Below, one piece after another: positions 1 to 14,700 of a DNA stretch of 64,000 nucleotides. The notes beneath the pieces are model-generated. The model ran no database searches. It saw nothing but the letters and a program-made list of their open reading frames with translations, and was not told where the DNA came from. The stretch is from the human T2T-CHM13v2.0 reference genome, Homo sapiens: the NCBI RefSeq assembly GCF_009914755.1, contig NC_060925.1, one strand, 5' to 3'. Both the position numbers and the translations under genes were made by a program. Position 1 is the first letter of the stretch, and the number at the start of each line of letters is the position of its first letter.

Positions 1-98
1 ATGGACCCGAATGGAATCATCATCCAACGGAAGCTAATGGAATCAACATCGAATGAATCAAATGGAAACACCATCGAATTGAAACGAATGGAATTACC

Positions 99-1874
99 AT
101 GAAATTGAAATGGATGGACTCATCATCGAATGGATTCGAAAGGAATCATCGAATAAAATTGATTGAAATCATCATCGAATGGAATCGAATGGTATCAATG
201 AATGGAATCGAATGGAATCATCATCAGATGGAAATGAATGGAATCGTCATAGAATGGAATCGAATGGATTCATTGAATGGAATCAGATGGAATCATCGAA
301 TGGACTGGAATGGAATCATTGAATGGACTCGAAAGAGATCATGATTGAATGGAATTGAATGGAATCATCGAATGGTCTCGATTGGAATCATTATCAAATG
401 GAATCGAATGGAATCACCGAATAGAATCGAATGGAACAATCATCGAATGGACTCAAATGGAATTATCCTCAAATGGAATCGAATGGAATTATCGAATGCA
501 ATCGAATGGAATTATCGAATGCAATCGAATAGAATCATCGAATGGACTCGAATGGAATCATCGAATGGAATGGAATGGAACAGTCAATGAACTCGAATGG
601 AATCATCATTGAATGGAATCGAATGGAATCATCGAGTGGAATCGAATGGAATTATGATCAAATGGAATCGAATGTAATCATCATCAAATGGAATCAAAAA
701 TAACCATCATCAATTGGTATTGAATGGAATTGTCATCAAATGGAATTCAAAGGAAACATCATCAAATGGAACCGAATGGAATCCTCATTGAATGGAAATG
801 AAAGGGGTCATCATCTAATGGAATCGCATGGAATCATCATCAAATGGAATCGAATGGAATCATCATCAAATGGAATCTAATGGAATCATTGAACAGAATT
901 GAATGGAATCGTCATCGAATGAATTGAATGCAATCATCGAATGGTCTCGAATGGAACCATCTTCTAATGGAAAGGAATGGAATCATCGCATAGAATCGAA
1001 TGGAATTATCATCGAATGGAATCGAATGGTATCAACACCAAACGGAAAAAAACGGAATTATCGAATGGAATCGAAGAGAATCTTCGAACGGACCCGAATG
1101 GAATCATCTAATGGAATGGAATGGAATAATCCATGGACTCGAATGCAATCATCATCGAATGGAATCGAATGGAATCATCGAATGGACTCGAATGAAATAA
1201 TCATTGAACGGAATCGAATGGAATCATCATCGGATGGAAACGAATGGAATCATCATCGAATGGAAATGAAAGGAGTCATCATCTAATGGAATTGCATGGA
1301 ATCATCATAAAATGGAATCGAATGGAATCAACATCAAATGGAATCAAATGGAATCATTGAACGGAATTGAATGGAATCGTCATCGAATGAATTGAATGCA
1401 ATCATCGAATGGTCTCGAATGGAATCATCTTCAAATGGAATGGAATGGAATCATCGCATAGAATCGAATGGAATTATCATCGAATGGAATCGAATGGAAT
1501 CAACATCAAACGGAAAAAAACGGAATTATCGAATGGAATCGAAGAGAATCATCGAATGGACCCGAATGGAATCATCTAATGGAATGGAATGGAATAATCC
1601 ATGGACTCGAATGCAATCATCATCGAATGGAATCGAATGGAATCATCCAATGGACTCGAATGGAATAATCATTGAACGGAATCGAATGGAATCATCATCG
1701 GATGGAAATGAATGGAATCATCATCGAATGGAATCGAATAGAATTATGGAATGAAATCCAGTGTGATCATCATCGAATGGACCCGAATGGAATCATCATC
1801 CAACGGATGCTAATGGAATCAACATCGAATGAATCAAATGGAAACACCGTCGAATTGAAACGAATGGAATTACC
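99..1874 (+). repeat. Canonical 1,776 bp unit (core + A module + B module)
   Basis: Anchor ATGAAATTGAAATGGATGG at 99 and 1875. EcoRI GAATTC at 743-748. Module starts at 903 and 1371, 468 bp apart. A-type markers: TTCTAATGGAAAGG, GGTATCAACACC, CTTCGAACGG. B-type markers: TTCAAATGGAATGG, GGAATCAACATC, CATCGAATGGACCC, then CCAGTGTG. Confidence 0.95.
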
Positions 1875-4560
1875 ATGAAATTGAAATGGATGGACTCATC
1901 ATCGAATGGATTTGAAAGGAATCATCGAATAAAATTGATTGAAATCATCATCGAATGGAATCGAATGGTATCATTGAATGGAATCGAATGGAATCATCAT
2001 CAGATGGAAATGAATGGAATAGTCATAGAATGGAATCGAATGGATTCATTGAATGGAATCAGATGGAATCATCGAATGGACTGGAATGGAATCATTGAAT
2101 GGACTCGAAAGAGATCATGATTGAATGGAATTGAATGGAATCATCGAATGGTCTCGATTGGAATCATTATCAAATGGAATCGAATGGAATCACCGAATAG
2201 AATCGAATGGAACAATCATCGAATGGACTCAAATGGAATTATCCTCCAATGGAATCGAATGGAATTATCGAATGCAATCGAATGGAATTATCGAATGCAA
2301 TCGAATAGAATCATCGAATGGACTCGAATGGAATCATCGAATGGAATGGAATGGAACAGTCAATGAACTCGAATGGAATCATCATTGAATGGAATCGAAT
2401 GGAATCATCGAGGGGAATCGAATGGAATTATGATCAAATGGAATCGAATGTAATCATCATCAAATGGAATCAAAAATAACCATCATCAATTGGTATTGAA
2501 TGGAATTGTCATCAAATGGAATTCAAAGGAAACATCATCAAATGGAACCGAATGGAATCCTCATTGAATGGAAATGAAAGGGGTCATCATCTAATGGAAT
2601 CGCATGGAATCATCATCAAATGGAATCGAATGGAATCATCATCAAATGGAATCTAATGGAATCATTGAACAGAATTGAATGGAATCGTCATCGAATGAAT
2701 TGAATGCAATCATCGAATGGTCTCGAATGGAACCATCTTCTAATGGAAAGGAATGGAATCATCGCATAGAATCGAATGGAATTATCATCGAATGGAATCG
2801 AATGGTATCAACACCAAACGGAAAAAAACGGAATTATCGAATGGAATCGAAGAGAATCTTCGAACGGACCCGAATGGAATCATCTAATGGAATGGAATGG
2901 AATAATCCATGGACTCGAATGCAATGATCATCGAATGGAATCGAATGGAATCATCGAATGGACTCGAATGAAATAATCATTGAACGGAATCGAATGGAAT
3001 CATCATCGGATGGAAATGAAAGGAGTCATCATCTAATGGAATTGCATGGAATCATCATAAAATGGAATCGAATGGAATCAACATCAAATGGAATCAAATG
3101 GAATCATTGAACGGAATTGAATGGAATCGTCATCGAATGAATTGAATGCAATCATCGAATGGTCTCGAATGGAATCATCTTCAAATGGAATGGAATGGAA
3201 TCATCGCATAGAATCGAATGGAATTATCATCGAATGGAATCGAATGGTATCAACACCAAACGGAAAAAAACGGAATTATCAAATGGAATCGAAGAGAATC
3301 TTCGAACGGACCCGAATGGAATCATCTAATGGAATGGAATGGAATAATCCATGGACTCGAATGCAATCATCATCGAATGGAATCGAATGGAATCATCGAA
3401 TGGACTCGAATGGAATAATCATTGAACGGAATCGAATGGAATCATCATCGGATGGAAACGAATGGAATCATCATCGAATGGAAATGAAAGGAGTCATCAT
3501 CTAATGGAATTGCATGGAATCATCATAAAATGGAATCGAATGGAATCAACATCAAATGGAATCAAATGGAATCATTGAACGGAATTGAATGGAATCGTCA
3601 TCGAATGAATTGACTGCAATCATCGAATGGTCTCGAATGGAATCATCTTCAAATGGAATGGAATGGAATCATCGCATAGAATCGAATGGAATTATCATCG
3701 AATGGAATCGAATGGTATCAACACCAAACGGAAAAAAACGGAATTATCGAATGGAATCGAAGAGAATCTTCGAACGGACCCGAATGGAATCATCTAATGG
3801 AATGGAATGGAATGATCCATAGACTCGAATGCAATCATCATCGAATGGAATCGAATGGAATCATCGAATGGACTCGAATTGAATAATCATTGAATGGAAT
3901 CGAATGGAATCATCATCGGATGGAAACGAATGGAATCATCATCGAATGGAAATGAAAGGAGTCATCATCTAATGGAATTGCATGGAATCATCATAAAATG
4001 GAATCGAATGGAATCAACATCAAATGGAATCAAATGGAATCATTGAACGGAATTGAATGGAATCGTCATCGAATGAATTGACTGCAATCATCGAATGGTC
4101 TCGAATGGAATCATCTTCAAATGGAATGGAATGCAATCATCGCATAGAATCGAATGGAATTATCATCGAATGGAATCGAATGGAATCAACATCAAACGGA
4201 AAAAAACAGAATTATCGTATGGAATCGAAGAGAATCATCGAATGGACCCGAATGGAATCATCTAATGGAATGGAATGGAATAATCCATGGACTCGAATGC
4301 AATCATCATCGAATGGAATCGAATGGAATCATCGAATGGACTCGAATGGAATAATCATTGAACGGAATCGAATGGAATCATCATCGGATGGAAATGAATG
4401 GAATCATCATCCAATGGAATCGAATAGAATTATGGAATGAAATCCAGTGTGATCATCATCGAATGGACCCGAATGGAATCATCATCCAACGGAAGCTAAT
4501 GGAATCAACATCGAATGAATCGAATGGAAACACCATCGAATTGAAACGAATGGAATTATC
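1875..4560 (+). repeat. Expanded 2,686 bp unit with four modules
   Basis: Module starts at 2679, 3121, 3589 and 4057 (spacings 442, 468, 468); 1776+442+468=2686. Confidence 0.9.
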
Positions 4561-6336
4561 ATGAAATTGAAATGGATGGACTCATCATCGAATGGATTCG
4601 AATGGAATCATCGAATAAAATTGATTGAAATCATCATCAAAAGGAATCGAATGGTATCATTGAATGGAATCGAATGGAATCATCATCAGATGGAAATGAA
4701 TGGAATCGTCATAGAATGGAATCGAATGGATTCATTGAATGGAATCAGATGGAATCATCGAATGGACTGGAATGGAATCATTGAATGGACTCGAAAGGGA
4801 TCATTATTGAATGGAATTGAATGGAATCATCGAATGGTCTCGATTGGAATCATTATCAAATGGAATCGAATGGAATCACCGAATAGAATCGAATGGAACA
4901 ATCATCGAATGGACTCAAATGGAATTATCCTCAAATGGAATCGAATGGAATTATCGAATGCAATCGAATGGAATTATTGAATGCAATCGAATAGAATCAT
5001 CGAATGGACTCGAATGGAATCATCGAATGGAATGGAATGGAACAGTCAATGAACTCGAATGGAATCATCATTGAATGGAATCGAATGGAATCATCGAGTG
5101 GAATCGAATGGAATTATGATCAAATGGAATCGAATGTAATCATCATCAAATGGAATCAAAAATAACCATCATCAATTGGTATTGAATGGAATTGTCATCA
5201 AATGGAATTCAAAGGAATCATCATCAAATGGAACCGAATGGAAGCCTCATTGAATGGAAATGAAAGGGGTCATCATCTAATGGAATGGCATGGAATCATC
5301 ATCAAATGGAATCGAATGGAATCATCATCAAATGGAATCTAATGGAATCATTGAACAGAATTGAATGGAATCGTCATCGAATGAATTGAATGCAATCATC
5401 GAATGGTCTCGAATGGAATCATCTTCTAATGGAAAGGAATGGAATCATCGCATAGAATCGAATGGAATTATCATCGAATGGAATCGAATGGTATCAACAC
5501 CAAACGGAAAAAAACGGAATTATCGAATGGAATCGAAGAGAATCTTCGAACGGACCCGAATGGAATCATCTAATGGAATGGAACGGAATAATCCATGGAC
5601 TCGAATGCAATCATCATCGAATGGAATCGAATGGAATCATCGAATGGACTCGAATGGAATAATCATTGAACGGAATCGAATGGAATCATCATCGGATGGA
5701 AACGAATGGAATCATCATCCAATGGAAATGAAAGGAGTCATCATCTAATGGAATTGCATGGAATCATCATAAAATGGAATCGAATGGAATCAACATCAAA
5801 TGGAATCAAATGGAATCATTGAACGGAATTGAATGGAATCGTCATCGAATGAATTGAATGCAATCATCGAATGGTCTAGAATTGAATCATCTTCAAATGG
5901 AATGGAATGGAATCATCGCATAGAATCGAATGGAAGTATCATCGAATGGAATCGAATGGAATCAACATCAAACGGAAAAAAACGGAATTATCGAATGGAA
6001 TCGAAGAGAATCATCGAATGGACCCGAATGGAATCATCTAATGGAATGGAATGGAATAATCCATGCACTCGAATGCAATCATCATCGAATGGAATCGAAT
6101 GGAATCATCGAATGGACTCGAATGGAATAATCATTGAACGGAATCGAATGGAATCATCATCGGATGGAAATGAATGGAATCATCATCGAATGGAATCGAA
6201 TAGAATTATGGAATGAAATCCAGTGTGATCATCATCGAATGGACCCGAATGGAATCATCATCCAACTGAAGCTAATGGAATCAACATCGAATGAATCGAA
6301 TGGAAACACCATCGAATTGAAACGAATGGAATTATC

Positions 6337-8727
6337 ATGAAATTGAAATGGATGGACTCATCATCGAATGGATTCGAATGGAATCATCGAATAAAATTGA
6401 TTGAAATCATCATCCAATGGAATCGAATGGTATCATTGAATGGAATCGAATGGAATCATCATCAGATGGAAATGAATGGAATCGTCATAGAATGGAATCG
6501 AATGGATTCATTGAATGGAATCAGATGGAATCATCGAATGGACTGGAATGGAATCATTGAATGGACTCGAAAGGGATCATGATTGAATGGAATTGAATGG
6601 AATCATCGAATGGTCTCGATTGGAATCATTAACAAATGGAATCGAATGGAATCACCGAATAGAATCGAATGGAACAATCATCGAATGGACTCAAATGGAA
6701 TTATCCTCCAATGGAATCGAATGGAATTATCGAATGCAATCGAATGGAATTATCGAATGCAATCGAATAGAATCATCGAATGGACTCGAATGGAATCATC
6801 GAATGGAATGGAATGGAACAGTCAAGGAACTCGAATGGAATCATCATTGAATGGAATCGAATGGAATCATCGAGTGGAATCGAATGGAAATATGATCAAA
6901 TGGAATCGAATATAATCATCATCAAATGGAATCAAAAATAACCATCATTAATTGGTATTGAATGGAATTGTCATCAAATGGAATTCAAAGGAATCATCAT
7001 CAAATGGAACTGAATGGAATCCTCATTGAATGGAAATGAAAGGGGTCATCATCTAATGGAATCGCATGGAATCATCATCAAATGGAATCGAATGGAATCA
7101 TCATCAAATGGAATCTGATGGAATCATTGAACAGAATTGAATGGAATCGTCATCGAATGAATTGAATGCAATCATCGAATGGTCTCGAATGTAATCACAT
7201 TCTAATGGAAAGGAATGGAATCATCGCATAGAATCGAATGGAATTAACATTGAATGGACTCGAATGGAATCAACATCAAACGGAATCAAGCGGAATTATC
7301 GAATGGAATCGAAGAGAATCATCGAATGGTCTCGAATGGAATCATCTTCTAATGGAAAGGAATGGAATCATCGCATAGAATCGAATGGAATTAACATTGA
7401 ATGGACTCGAATGGAATCAACATCAAATGAAATCAAGCGGAATTATCGAATGAAATCGAAGAGAATCATCGAATGGACTCGAATGGAATCATCTAATGGA
7501 ATGGAATGGAATAATCCACGGACTCGAATGCAATCATCATTGTATAGAATCGAATGGAATCATCGAATGGACTCGAATGGAATAACCATTGAACGGAATA
7601 GAATGGAATCATCATCGGAAGGAAACGAATGGAATCATCATCGAATGGAAATGTAAGGAGTCATCATCTAATGGAATTGCATGGAATCATCATAAAATGG
7701 AATCGAATGGAATCATCATCAAATGGAATCAAATGGAATCATTGAACGGAATTGAATGGAATCGTCATCGAATGAATTGAATGCAATCATCGAATGGTCT
7801 CGAATGGAATCATCTTCAAATGGAATGGAATGGAATCATCGCATAGAATCGAATGGAATTATCATCGAATGGAATCGAATGGTATCAACATCAAACGGAA
7901 AAAAACGGAATTATCGAATGGAATCGAAGAGAATCTTCGAACGGACCCGAATGGAATCATCTAATGGAATGGAACGGAATAATCCATGGACTCGAATGCA
8001 ATCATCATCGAATGGAATCGAATGGAATCATCGAATGGACTCGAATGGAATAATCATTGAACGGAATCGAATGGAATCATCATCGGATGGAAACGAATGG
8101 AATCATCATACAATGGAAATGAAAGGAGTCATCATCTAATGGAAATGCATGGAATCATCATAAAATGGAATCGAATGGAATCAACATCAAATGGAATCAA
8201 ATGGAATAATTGAACGGAAATGAATGGAATCGTCATCGAATGAATTGAATGCAATCATCGAATGGTCTAGAATTGAATCATCTTCAAATGGAATGGAATG
8301 GAATCATCGCATAGAATCGAATGGAAGTATCATCGAATGGAATCGAATGGAATCAACATCAAACGGAAAAAAACGGAATTATCGAATGGAATCGAAGAGA
8401 ATCATCGAATGGACCCGAATGGAATCATCTAATGGAATGGAATGGAATAATCCATGGACTCGAATGCAATCATCATCGAATGGAATCGAATGGAATCATC
8501 GAATGGACTCGAATGGAATAATCATTGAACGGAATCGAATGGAATCATCATCGGATGGAAATGAATGGAATCATCATCGAATGGAATCGAATAGAATTAT
8601 GGAATCAAATCCAGTGTGATCATCATCGAATGGACCCGAATGGAATCATCATCCAACGGAAGCTAATGGAATCAACATCGAATGAATCGAATGGAAACAC
8701 CATCGAATTGAAACGAATGGAATTATC
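6337..8727 (+). repeat. 2,391 bp unit with a divergent module, a 147 bp internal duplication and an extra module
   Basis: GGTCTCG at 7181 and 7328 (147 bp apart); further modules at 7756 and 8224; 1776+468+147=2391. Confidence 0.9.
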
Positions 8728-11700
8728 ATGAAATTGAAATGGATGGACTCATCATCGAATGGATTCGAATGGAATCATCGAATAAAATTGATTGAAATCA
8801 TCATCCAATGGAATCGAATGGTATCATTGAATGGAATCGAATGGAATCATCATCAGATGGAAATGAATGGAATCGTCATAGAATGGAATCGAATGGATTC
8901 ATTGAATGGAATCAGATGGAATCATCGAATGGACTGGAATGGAATCATTGAATGGACTCGAAAGGGATCATGATTGAATGGAATTGAATGGAATCATCGA
9001 ATGGTCTCGATTGGAATCATTAACAAATGGAATCGAATGGAATCACCGAATAGAATCGAATGGAACAATCATCGAATGGACTCAAATGGAATTATCCTCC
9101 AATGGAATCGAATGGAATTATCGAATGCAATCGAATGGAATTATCGAATGCAATCGAATAGAATCATCGAAAGGACTCGAATGGAATCATCGAATGGAAT
9201 GGAATGGAACAGTCAATGAACTCGAATGGAATCATCATTGAATGGAATCGAATGGAATCATCGAGTGGAATCGAATGGAATTATGATCAAATGGAATCGA
9301 ATGTAATCATCATCAAATGGAATCAAAAATAACCATCATCAATTGGTATTGAATGGAATTGTCATCAAATGGAATTCAAAGGAATCATCATCAAATGGAA
9401 CCGAATGGAAGCCTCATTGAATGGAAATGAAAGGGGTCATCATCTAATGGAATCGCATGGAATCATCATCAAATGGAATCGAATGGAATCATCATCAAAT
9501 GGAATCTAATGGAATCATTGAACAGAATTGAATGGAATCGTCATCGAATGAATTGAATGCAATCATCGAATGGTCTCGAATGGAATCATCTTCTAATGGA
9601 AAGGAATGGAATCATCGCATAGAATCGAATGGAATTATCATCGAATGGAATCGAATGGTATCAACACCAAACGGAAAAAAACGGAATTATCGAATGGAAT
9701 CGAAGAGAATCTTCGAACGGACCCGAATGGAATCATCTAATGGAATGGAATGGAACAATCCATGGACTCGAATGCAATCATCATCGAATGGAATCGAATG
9801 GAATCATCGAATGGACTCGAATGGAATAATCATTGAACGGAATCGAATGGAATCATCATCGGATGGAAACGAATGGAATCATCATACAATGGAAATGAAA
9901 GGAGTCATCATCTAATGGAAATGCATGGAATCATCATAAAATGGAATCGAATGGAATCAACATCAAATGGAATCAAATGGAATAATTGAACGGAAATGAA
10001 TGGAATCGTCATCGAATGAATTGAATGCAATCATCGAATGGTCTAGAATTGAATCATCTTCAAATGGAATGGAATGGAATCATCGCATAGAATCGAATGG
10101 AAGTATCATCGAATGGAATCGAATGGAATCAACATCAAACGGAAAAAAACGGAATTATCGAATGGAATCGAAGAGAATCTTCGAACGGACCCGAATGGAA
10201 TCATCTAATGGAATGGAATGGAATAATCCATGGACTCGAATGCAATCATCATCGAATGGAATCGAATGGAATCATCGAATGGACTCGAATGGAATAATCA
10301 TTGAACGGAATCGAATGGAATCATCATCGGATGGAAATGAAAGGAGTCATCATCTAATGGAATTGCATGGAATCATCATAAAATGGAATCGAATGGAATC
10401 AACATCAAATGGAATCAAATGGAATCATTGAACGGAATTGAATGGAATCGTCATCGAATGAATTGAATGCAATCATCGAATGGTCTCGAATGGAATCATC
10501 TTCAAATGGAATGGAATGGAATCATCGCATAGAATCGAATGGAATTATCATCGAATGGAATCGAATGGAATCAACATCAAACGGAAAAAAACGGAATTCT
10601 CGAATGGAATCGAAGAGAATCATCGAATGGACCCGAATGGAATCATCTAATGGAATGGAATGGAATAATCCATGGACTCGAATGCAATCATCATCGAATG
10701 GAATCGAATGGAAACATCCAATGGACTCGAATGGAATAATCATTGAACGGAATCGAATGGAATCATCATCGGATGGAAATGAATGGAATCATCATCGAAT
10801 GGAATCGAATAGAATTATGGAATGAAATCCAGTGTGATCATCATCGAATGGACCCGAATGGAATCATCATCCAACGGATGCTAATGGAATCAACATCGAA
10901 TGAATCAAATGGAAACACCATCGAATTGAAACGAATGGAATTACCATGAAATTGAAATGGATGGACTCATCATCGAATGGATTTGAAAGGAATCATCGAA
11001 TAAAATTGATTGAAATCATCATCGAATGGAATCGAATGGTATCATTGAATGGAATCGAATGGAATCATCATCAGATGGAAATGAATGGAATCGTCATAGA
11101 ATGGAATCGAATGGATTCATTGAATGGAATCAGATGGAATCATCGAATGGACTGGAATGGAATCATTGAATGGACTCGAAAGAGATCATGATTGAATGGA
11201 ATTGAATGGAATCATCGAATGGTCTCGATTGGAATCATTATCAAATGGAATCGAATGGAATCACCGAATAGAATCGAATGGAACAATCATCGAATGGACT
11301 CAAATGGAATTATCCTCCAATGGAATCGAATGGAATTATCGAATGCAATCGAATGGAATTATCGAATGCAAACGAATAGAATCATCGAATGGACTCGAAT
11401 GGAATCATCGAATGGAATGGAATGGAACAGTCAATGAACTCGAATGGAATCATCATTGAATGGAATCGAATGGAATCATCGAGTGGAATCGAATGGAATT
11501 ATGATCAAATGGAATCGAATGTAATCATCATCAAATGGAATCAAAAATAACCATCATCAATTGGTATTGAATGGAATTGTCATCAAATGGAATTCAAAGG
11601 AAACATCATCAAATGGAACCGAATGGAATCCTCATTGAATGGAAATGAAAGGGGTCATCATCTAATGGAATCGCATGGAATCATCATCAAATGGAATCGA

Positions 11701-14700
11701 ATGGAATCATCATCAAATGGAATCTAATGGAATCATTGAACAGAATTGAATGGAATCGTCATCGAATGAATTGAATGCAATCATCGAATGGTCTCGAATG
11801 GAATCATCTTCTAATGGAAAGGAATGGAATCATCGCATAGAATCGAATGGAATTATCATCGAATGGAATCGAATGGTATCAACACCAAACGGAAAAAAAC
11901 GGAATTATCGAATGGAATCGAAGAGAATCTTCGAACGGACCCGAATGGAATCATCTAATGGAATGGAATGGAACAATCCATGGACTCGAATGCAATCATC
12001 ATCGAATGGAATCGAATGGAATCATCGAATGGACTCGAATGGAATAATCATTGAACGGAATCGAATGGAATCATCATCGGATGGAAACGAATGGAATCAT
12101 CATACAATGGAAATGAAAGGAGTCATCATCTAATGGAAATGCATGGAATCATCATAAAATGGAATCGAATGGAATCAACATCAAATGGAATCAAATGGAA
12201 TAATTGAACGGAAATGAATGGAATCGTCATCGAATGAATTGAATGCAATCATCGAATGGTCTAGAATTGAATCATCTTCAAATGGAATGGAATGGAATCA
12301 TCGCATAGAATCGAATGGAAGTATCATCGAATGGAATCGAATGGAATCAACATCAAACGGAAAAAAACGGAATTATCGAATGGAATCGAAGAGAATCTTC
12401 GAACGGACCCGAATGGAATCATCTAATGGAATGGAATGGAATAATCCATGGACTCGAATGCAATCATCATCGAATGGAATCGAATGGAATCATCGAATGG
12501 ACTCGAATGGAATAATCATTGAACGGAATCGAATGGAATCATCATCGGATGGAAATGAAAGGAGTCATCATCTAATGGAATTGCATGGAATCATCATAAA
12601 ATGGAATCGAATGGAATCAACATCAAATGGAATCAAATGGAATCATTGAACGGAAGTGAATGGAATCGTCATCGAATGAATTGAATGCAATCATCGAATG
12701 GTCTCGAATGGAATCATCTTCAAATGGAATGGAATGGAATCATCGCATAGAATCGAATGGAATTATCATCGAATGGAATCGAATGGAATCAACATCAAAC
12801 GGAAAAAAACGGAATTCTCAAATGGAATCGAAGAGAATCATCGAATGGACCCGAATGGAATCATCTAATGGAATGGAATGGAATAATCCATGGACTCGAA
12901 TGCAATCATCATCGAATGGAATCGAATGGAATCATCCAATGGACTCGAATGGAATAATCATTGAACGGAATCGAATGGAATCATCATCGGATGGAAATGA
13001 ATGGAATCATCATCGAATGGAATCGAATAGAATTATGGAATGAAATCCAGTGTGATCATCATCGAATGGACCCGAATGGAATCATCATCCAACGGATGCT
13101 AATGGAATCAACATCGAATGAATCAAATGGAAACACCATCGAATTGAAACGAATGGAATTACCATGAAATTGAAATGGATGGACTCATCATCGAATGGAT
13201 TTGAAAGGAATCATCGAATAAAATTGATTGAAATCATCATCGAATGGAATCGAATGGTATCATTGAATGGAATCGAATGGAATCATCATCAGATGGAAAT
13301 GAATGGAATCGTCATAGAATGGAATCGAATGGATTCATTGAATGGAATCAGATGGAATCATCGAATGGACTGGAATGGAATCATTGAATGGTCTCGAAAG
13401 AGATCATGATTGAATGGAATTGAATGGAATCATCGAATGGTCTCGATTGGAATCATTATCAAATGGAATCGAATGGAATCACCGAATAGAATCGAATGGA
13501 ACAATCATCGAATGGACTCAAATGGAATTATCCTCCAATGGAATCGAATGGAATTATCGAATGCAATCGAATGGAATTATCGAATGCAAACGAATAGAAT
13601 CATCGAATGGACTCGAATGGAATCATCGAATGGAATGGAATGGAACAGTCAATGAACTCGAATGGAATCATCATTGAATGGAATCGAATGGAATCATCGA
13701 GTGGAATCGAATGGAATTATGATCAAATGGAATCGAATGTAATCATCATCAAATGGAATCAAAAATAACCATCATCAATTGGTATTGAATGGAATTGTCA
13801 TCAAATGGAATTCAAAGGAAACATCATCAAATGGAACCGAATGGAATCCTCATTGAATGGAAATGAAAGGGGTCATCATCTAATGGAATCGCATGGAATC
13901 ATCATCAAATGGAATCGAATGGAATCATCATGAAATGGAATCTAATGGAATCATTGAACAGAATTGAATGGAATCGTCATCGAATGAATTGAATGCAATC
14001 ATCGAATGGTCTCGAATGGAACCATCTTCTAATGGAAAGGAATGGAATCATCGCATAGAATCGAATGGAATTATCATCGAATGGAATCGAATGGTATCAA
14101 CACCAAACGGAAAAAAACGGAATTATCGAATGGAATCGAAGAGAATCTTCGAACGGACCCGAATGGAATCATCTAATGGAATGGAATGGAATAATCCATG
14201 GACTCGAATGCAATCATCATCGAATGGAATCGAATGGAATCATCGAATGGACTCGAATGGAATAATCATTGAACGGAATCGAATGGAATCATCATCGGAT
14301 GGAAACGAATGGAATCATCATCGAATGGAAATGAAAGGAGTCATCATCTAATGGAATTGCATGGAATCATCATAAAATGGAATCGAATGGAATCAACATC
14401 AAATGGAATCAAATGGAATCATTGAACGGAATTGAATGGAATCGTCATCGAATGAATTGAATGCAATCATCGAATGGTCTCGAATGGAATCATCTTCAAA
14501 TGGAATGGAATGGAATCATCGCATAGAATCGAATGAAATTATCATCGAATGGAATCGAATGGAATCAACATCAAACGGAAAAAAACGGAATTATCGAATG
14601 GAATCGAAGAGAATCATCGAATGGACCCGAATGGAATCATCTAATGGAATGGAATGGAATAATCCATGGACTCGAATGCAATCATCATCGAATGGAATCG

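Noticed and set aside
1041-1056. A7 tract (CGGAAAAAAACGG) as a poly-A or retro-insertion remnant
   Set aside because: It is a length-neutral, fixed part of the module (the divergent module has CGGAATCAAGCGG at the same site), with no target-site duplication or element body.
1071-1090. Heat-shock-element-like AGAATCTTCG in A modules; possible DUX4 sites
   Set aside because: Only two correctly inverted nGAAn units are present, and I found no clean TAAYBBAATCA match by eye. A PWM scan and ChIP data would be needed.
1082-1098. CENP-B box-like CTTCGAACGGACCCGAA
   Set aside because: It has TTCG but lacks the required A at position 10 and CGGG at positions 13-16; the array is not alpha satellite.
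7170-7316. 147 bp duplication equals nucleosome core length
   Set aside because: Adequately explained as 3x49 bp of the satellite sub-period with flanking microhomology; there is no evidence for a chromatin cause.
10522-10743. Sole minus-strand ORF
   Set aside because: It is created by a chance substitution that removes a stop; the sequence is the same satellite and is not an inversion.
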